Virus record (IMG/VR): IMGVR_UViG_2850949226_000002 | Reading direction: 5' to 3' (one strand) | DNA length: 20,000 nucleotides | Source of the DNA: an uncultured virus (IMG/VR IMGVR_UViG_2850949226_000002) | Lineage: Duplodnaviria; Heunggongvirae; Uroviricota; Caudoviricetes | Shown here: positions 15,612-20,000 of the stretch, piece by piece | Numbering within the stretch: position 1 is the stretch's first letter | Layout: each line of letters opens with the position of its first letter | Program-made: the position numbers and the translations under genes | Notes under the pieces: model-generated | Databases searched by the model: none | Told to the model about the DNA's origin: nothing | What the model saw: only the letters and a program-made list of their open reading frames with translations

Positions 15612-16350
15612 GTGAATCTTTTGGAAATCTTTAATGAATTATTGAGTTCTTTTGGAGTTCCGACCGTTGTTATTTTTTTATTTTATTTATAATAACAGCT
15701 TTTAGAGTATTCCAGCCGATACTTTGTTTTCTTCAGTTGTTTTTGAACAAAAGCTTTTTTCAAAGGAAAGAATGTTCATTGTCAGAGCATGTATGTATGT
15801 GGTTTATACGTTTGCTTGGATGGTCATTTTTGTATCTTTAGGTGAGACATTAAAAAAAAGTTTAATTGGATTATAACGAAAATTTGTCTGTACGGCTGAA
15901 ATATTAATTGCAGTAAACGTCTTTGTTCTTTTAACTTTGAATCTAGTAAAAAAACCAGAGCATACTTTATTTAAAATAAAGTCTAATAGATACTTCAAAT
16001 TTTTCATGACTTGTTCATATTTGATTTTTTTATTCATTTTTTATACTGAGATATATTTGTTGCTTTCTTTTTCTCAGTTTAATGATGTTAAATCTTTAAC
16101 TGTTGGGATAGTAATGTATTTTATTGCTTGTGCTCAGTTCCTATCTTTTCAACAATTGTATTAAATACGGTTGACTAGTCAACTAAGAAAAATGTATTCA
16201 TAGAGGATGAAAATAATCAAGTTTGGTATATATTGCATCCAATCAATAAGGAAGTCATTTTATTGGGAAACGAATCTGAGCCTACGCTGTGTAATGAAAT
16301 TAGAGGAACTATATAAAGTACCCATTAAGATTGAGAAAATTAATAATTAA
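15612..16350 (+). pseudogene. Degraded AT-rich membrane-protein gene (former moron)
   Basis: GTG after AAGGTG, several hydrophobic fragments (including ORF 15937-16164) broken by stops and frameshifts; family not recognised. Confidence 0.35.
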
Positions 16351-16368
16351 GTCCAAGATGGAATGCCT

Positions 16369-16419
16369 GCGGACACTGAACTTACAGCTTTTACGCTGTT
16401 TGTTTGGTGTCCGTTTTTT
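16369..16419 (+). terminator. Long hairpin with T tract
   Basis: GCGGACACTGAAC/GTTTGGTGTCCGT (13 bp with G-U pairs), internal loop, ACAGC/GCTGT, then T run. Confidence 0.75.
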
Positions 16420-16589
16420 ATTTGTCATGCATGTGGTTTTAGTGAAAGGAGAAGCAGACATGAAACCCAATAAAAGAAAACCACCTTGAAAAAACGCAGG
16501 AGCACTCTGAGCGCTTTTGGCGAGAGATTACGGACAAAAACAAGCAAATTCTTAAAAGAGGCAAAGGCGGCGCTTAATTACAGAGTGGT

Positions 16590-16732
16590 TCTTCTGCAAG
16601 TACCAGATGATCTTCTGCCGAAAGTCACGGCGGGCTTTAACCATTTCCTCGCGCTGCAAGCTCGTGATTCCTAAAAAGGATGACGACAAGCCGAAATCAA
16701 AAGAGGAAGAGCGGTTCGGGGGCCGGATGTAA
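16590..16732 (+). pseudogene. P27-family terminase small subunit C-terminal remnant
   Basis: LTISSRCKLVIPKKDDDKPKSKEEERFGGRM* (16637-16732); the stop overlaps the terL ATG (TAATG). Confidence 0.75.
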
Positions 16733-17030
16733 TGCAAGAGGTCACCTCTGAAATTCTGATTGAGCGTTATGGGCTTAGCGAAAAAATACTTTCCGGTGAG
16801 ATAAAGGCTTGTCAAAAGCATAAATGGGCTGTGCAGCGATTTTTTAAAGATGTCGAGGTGTTAGCGGACCCGGATTGCCCCTATTATTTTGATGCTGAAG
16901 CGGTGCTGGATTTTTACGAATGGGCGCGGCAGGTTCAGACATGTTGAGGGGATGCATCGGGTATTTATTGCCGGATGCTCACGGGAGCAGACAGACGAAT
17001 TTTACCAGGCAATTTTTGAACAGGTATTGC
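16732..17030 (+). pseudogene. Terminase large subunit remnant
   Basis: ILSGEIKACQKHKWAVQRFFKD...YYFDAEA...FYEWARQ, frameshift to FRHVEG, then fused to an internal piece HRVFIAGCSREQTDE. No Walker A or nuclease domain. Confidence 0.8.
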
Positions 17031-17049
17031 GAAATATCTCGGCCTTTGT

Positions 17050-17291
17050 GGTGGATCAAGCAACCGGCAACATCGGCCCCGAAAAAGAAAGCACGAAAAA
17101 GCAGGAGCAAAAAAGTACCCATTCCGCCCGGAATTTACAAAAGCCTAATTATGAAGGGAACGGCCGTCCGACAGATTCAGGAGGCTTTAGCTGCCCTCTA
17201 TTTCTATCCGGACAAAGGCGCTAAAAATAACGGCATTGATGTCTATTACGGAACGAAGACAAAGGCGCAGCTCGAGTCGCTATTGGTTTAA
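17050..17291 (+). pseudogene. Endolysin C-terminal remnant (PG_binding_1, XlyA/XlyB-like)
   Basis: PGIYK...MKGTAVRQIQEALAALYFYPDKGAKNNGIDVYYGTKTKAQLESLL. Confidence 0.85.
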
Positions 17292-17294
17292 TAC

Positions 17295-17320
17295 AAAAAG
17301 GCCCTCTTTCAAGAGGGCCT
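17295..17320 (-). terminator. Terminator for the toxin-immunity operon (possibly bidirectional)
   Basis: AAAA-AGGCCCTCTT-tc-AAGAGGGCCT; the A run gives a U tract on the minus strand. Confidence 0.85.
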
Positions 17321-17349
17321 AGATTTTATAAATTCCAACGTGTCAATTG

Positions 17350-17688
17350 TTATTCATCACTGTCTAATTCCCATATTGTGTTACCGTCTACTAAGATCTT
17401 ATTCGGTGTATCTTCATAAAGAGAAATTTCAACTAGGGAGTTTTTCTCTTCCAATAGCCAATTATATAGACTATCTTCTTCATTATTAACGGGAGGAGAT
17501 AAAACCTTATTTACTTGAAAAGCCGTTGCGTAATATTCTTTATAATTGATATCATCATCCTGCAGACCGTTGTCTGTTTCGAAAAATGTATCAGTTTTAC
17601 CAATTACTCTTAATCCATTTTCCCATTCTAATATAAGTTCTCTATCTTTGTATTTTAATAATGTTTTGAATAAAGAATCAGGTTCCAT
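17350..17688 (-). CDS. Putative cognate immunity protein
   Basis: 112 aa, acidic, AGAGGA RBS, 25 bp downstream of the toxin gene. Confidence 0.8.
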   Translation of the reverse strand: MEPDSLFKTLLKYKDRELILEWENGLRVIGKTDTFFETDNGLQDDDINYKEYYATAFQVNKVLSPPVNNEEDSLYNWLLEEKNSLVEISLYEDTPNKILVDGNTIWELDSDE

Positions 17689-17713
17689 GTATATCCTCTT
17701 TTCCTATATTTAT

Positions 17714-19438
17714 TTAAGACGGTTGTGAAGGTACTATATGAGCGCCGTTTTTTCCATAATGTATCATGCCTCTTGTAGTCTCTTCATATTTACGGGTCTC
17801 TGTATTATAGTATTTTCCTATTACTTGACCAAAATCCACTCTTTCTTTGTTTCCTTTTTTTAACATATCTCCTGTGCCAGCATATTTATCAAGCAACTCT
17901 TGCGCTTTTTTATTATCCCCGTAGAAGATACTCTTGGTTCTGCCATTTGCAACTTCTTGTTTATAATTTGGTGTTCCTGGAATATGTTTTTCTTGAGCTC
18001 CTGGTTTAACTTTTGCAGGGAAACCATTTACTTCACGGTACGGACCTTTTGGTACGGATTGTTTGCCATAGGAAGGTGTTTTATCTACCTTCGCAACTTT
18101 CTTTCCCGCCTCTTCACCTTTAAATAACTTAAATCCTTTTTTCCCGTACTTTAGCAACCGACCAACAGGTGTTAAAGAAGTTCCGGACGCAGCACGCTCG
18201 ACATTAGAGACTTTTTCACCTGTGTCCGGATCTCTGCCTGTTATGACCCGAACCGCATCATTACCGCCCGCTATTTCTTTTGCAACAAAATCCCCTATAT
18301 CATTTACTGGTTCTAAAGGAGTTCCTTCAAAATCTCGCTTAAGATTCCCTTGGCTTCGACTTTTTGGAATACGTTTAACAGCTTCCATCTCTACTTTACC
18401 GTTTACAATGTACTCTCTTACGATTTGACCATTTTCATATACATGGTAACGCCCACCGATATATTTAATGTCTGCCGGATTTTGAACCACTTCATCGGCG
18501 ACATCAACTGTTTTGACCCTTTTCCATCCTTTATGATTATATAGTTTACCATCAATGACCCGAATATCTCCATAAACCTTCGGATATTTTTCTGCTTCGT
18601 TTTGCAACGCATTCAAATCAAAATCGTTCGCATAAACGTCTTGATTGATATTTTCTTTATTGTCTTCCCTAATCACCGTATCCACATTAGATCGTTTATT
18701 TTTGTTGAGCTTTTCAAGCATCATCTCCATCGGAGACGGTTCGACATTCTCCAGTTGGCCCTGAAGTCCGCCAGGTAGTCCGTTTATTGTAGAGTTATCA
18801 TCCGACTTTAAAATCGCGCCTTTTTGATAACTGGTGATTTCTATTTTGGGACCGGTATACATTTTTTCGAGCCTTGCGATGTATCTCTGCATCGTCTCAA
18901 GGTCGTTTTCAGCCGTCTTCAGGGCGTTGGTTTGCCCGCGGTCAAACGCATGGAGCTTTTCAAGAGTCGTGCTGATTTCCTTTAACGCTTTCTGATTTTG
19001 TTCATGAAAACCGCTGTCATTCAAATCCGGTAAATCGACAATATGGCTGACTTTTGCGATCGTGGCGTTGGTTTTAGAAACCAAATGTTTCGTTGTGCGA
19101 TCAGCGGCATTCAAGCCATTCTCCAACTCATGCCCGAGAAAGGACTGTGAAATAAATCCGTTATGGTTTGGTTCCAGGGAATTCAGCGCGCTTTTCATTT
19201 TCTTCAGCGCGGAACTGTATTCCTCTATGAAAGTATCATAGAACTGTAGAAAAGGGGTGTGGCATTCCTCGTAAAAGGCGCGGATCGCGTCGCCGCCTTT
19301 TCCCTTTAAAGCATCATCAAGTGATGTGATGCCCTCAACAGCCTTTTTGACTTTGGCGATTTCGTCTGACTGCTGTTTTAATTGTTCCAGCGTTTGATCT
19401 ATTGCATTGTGCAGCGCCTGAACATCAAGAGTCTTCAT
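17714..19438 (-). CDS. T7SSb LXG polymorphic toxin with pre-toxin TG region and Ntox50-like predicted RNase C-terminus
   Basis: MKTLDVQAL...DDALKGKGGDAIRAFY LXG domain (YobL/YqcG/YeeF class); RVITGRDPDTGEKVS (PT-TG); QEKHIPG...ERVDFGQVIG...IHYGKNGAHIVP (Ntox50-like). Confidence 0.9.
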   Translation of the reverse strand: MKTLDVQALHNAIDQTLEQLKQQSDEIAKVKKAVEGITSLDDALKGKGGDAIRAFYEECHTPFLQFYDTFIEEYSSALKKMKSALNSLEPNHNGFISQSFLGHELENGLNAADRTTKHLVSKTNATIAKVSHIVDLPDLNDSGFHEQNQKALKEISTTLEKLHAFDRGQTNALKTAENDLETMQRYIARLEKMYTGPKIEITSYQKGAILKSDDNSTINGLPGGLQGQLENVEPSPMEMMLEKLNKNKRSNVDTVIREDNKENINQDVYANDFDLNALQNEAEKYPKVYGDIRVIDGKLYNHKGWKRVKTVDVADEVVQNPADIKYIGGRYHVYENGQIVREYIVNGKVEMEAVKRIPKSRSQGNLKRDFEGTPLEPVNDIGDFVAKEIAGGNDAVRVITGRDPDTGEKVSNVERAASGTSLTPVGRLLKYGKKGFKLFKGEEAGKKVAKVDKTPSYGKQSVPKGPYREVNGFPAKVKPGAQEKHIPGTPNYKQEVANGRTKSIFYGDNKKAQELLDKYAGTGDMLKKGNKERVDFGQVIGKYYNTETRKYEETTRGMIHYGKNGAHIVPSQPS

Positions 19439-19703
19439 GGCATTCTCCTCTAATCCTTTTGGTTACAATCAGTATAGAGTTTACCACTATACGGAAACCA
19501 ATTGGGGAATAAATCCTGTTCATCCATGAAAATGAATCTTATTGATCAGGTCTATAAACCTAAATACTATTGTTTTTGAGAATAAACCGATCTTGATTTT
19601 TTAGAAGCTTTAATAGCTTAAAAGATCTTAATTGGTTTTCGAGGATGGAAAACCATGATATAATTACCAGTAAAGCATTTTTCAAGATCCAGGAGGTCCG
19701 CCC

Positions 19704-20000
19704 TTGTTTAATATATATTGTGATGAGAGTTGCCATTTAGAAAAGGATAATAGTGATGTAATGGTATTAGGAGAAATGAAAGTTGATGCTCGTTTTCTTC
19801 CTGATATCTATAATCGCATTCGTCAAATTAAAGTTAATCATGGTTTAAGCTCTTGGTTTGAAGTAAAGTGGACAAAAGTTTCAATGAGTAAAATAGACTT
19901 TTATTTAGATTTAATTGATTATTTTTTTGATACTGCAGCTTTAAGTTTTAGAAGTGTTGTAGCTACAGGAAAAAAAGAAGTTAGACCACAATACATATAA
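19704..20000 (+). pseudogene. DUF3800-like protein, apparently frameshifted at an A7 tract (continues beyond window)
   Basis: NIYCDESCHL...MVLG...EVKWTKVS signature, TTG start after AGGAGG, TGATATAAT extended -10 upstream. Removing one A at 19970-76 gives GKKKLDHNTY.. instead of the stop at 19998. Confidence 0.65.

Larger units (their letters stand above)
14571..19450. mobile_element. Cryptic, deletion-collapsed prophage with intact toxin-immunity cargo
   Basis: att followed in phage order by integrase, early-gene, terS, terL and lysin fragments, then the LXG cassette. Right boundary not visible. Confidence 0.8.

Noticed and set aside
126..18612. Antisense or alternate-frame ORFs inside real genes (e.g. 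245-625, 4154-4456, 8519-8989, 11426-11671, 12246-12524, 17900-18127, 18418-18612)
   Set aside because: Fully nested in well-supported CDSs, with no RBS or motifs.
1..20000. CRISPR array, rRNA or IS element
   Set aside because: No regularly spaced direct repeats, rRNA-like sequence or transposase ORF seen.

Overview
Bacillus subtilis-group DNA (licheniformis-like by inference) at a tRNA-Leu(CAA) integration hotspot holding three stacked mobile elements. (A) 1-~12850 is the right end of a siphovirus-type prophage: tape measure C-terminus, Dit, Tal, receptor-binding protein, a BppU/fibre gene broken by one in-frame TAG, XkdX, XhlA, amidase and holin. After the lysis genes comes an accessory block: a membrane Zn-ribbon gene behind an ECF/SigW-like promoter, a TagE/TarM-like GT4 glycosyltransferase plus small partner, an XRE repressor divergent from a Rep-like HTH gene across three TTACG-N6-CGTAA operators, and a LexA-boxed yolD. 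It ends in a strong promoter, a ~135-nt structured leader and a complete tRNA-Leu(CAA). (B) ~12846-14627 is a 1.7-kb islet bounded by the tRNA 3' half and a degenerate copy of it, carrying a doubly inactivated rap gene but an intact phr gene (C-terminus SRGAGS) that the ORF track missed. (C) ~14571-19450 is a prophage collapsed to in-order fragments (integrase, PAPS-reductase-like gene, terS, terL, lysin) that still keeps an intact LXG/Ntox50-type toxin-immunity pair. A frameshifted DUF3800-like gene closes the window. The best candidate for an undescribed system is a prophage envelope-conversion module: a teichoic-acid glycosyltransferase probably co-expressed with the repressor in a phage whose RBP looks teichoic-acid binding. 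All family assignments come from motif recognition by eye, not from database searches.
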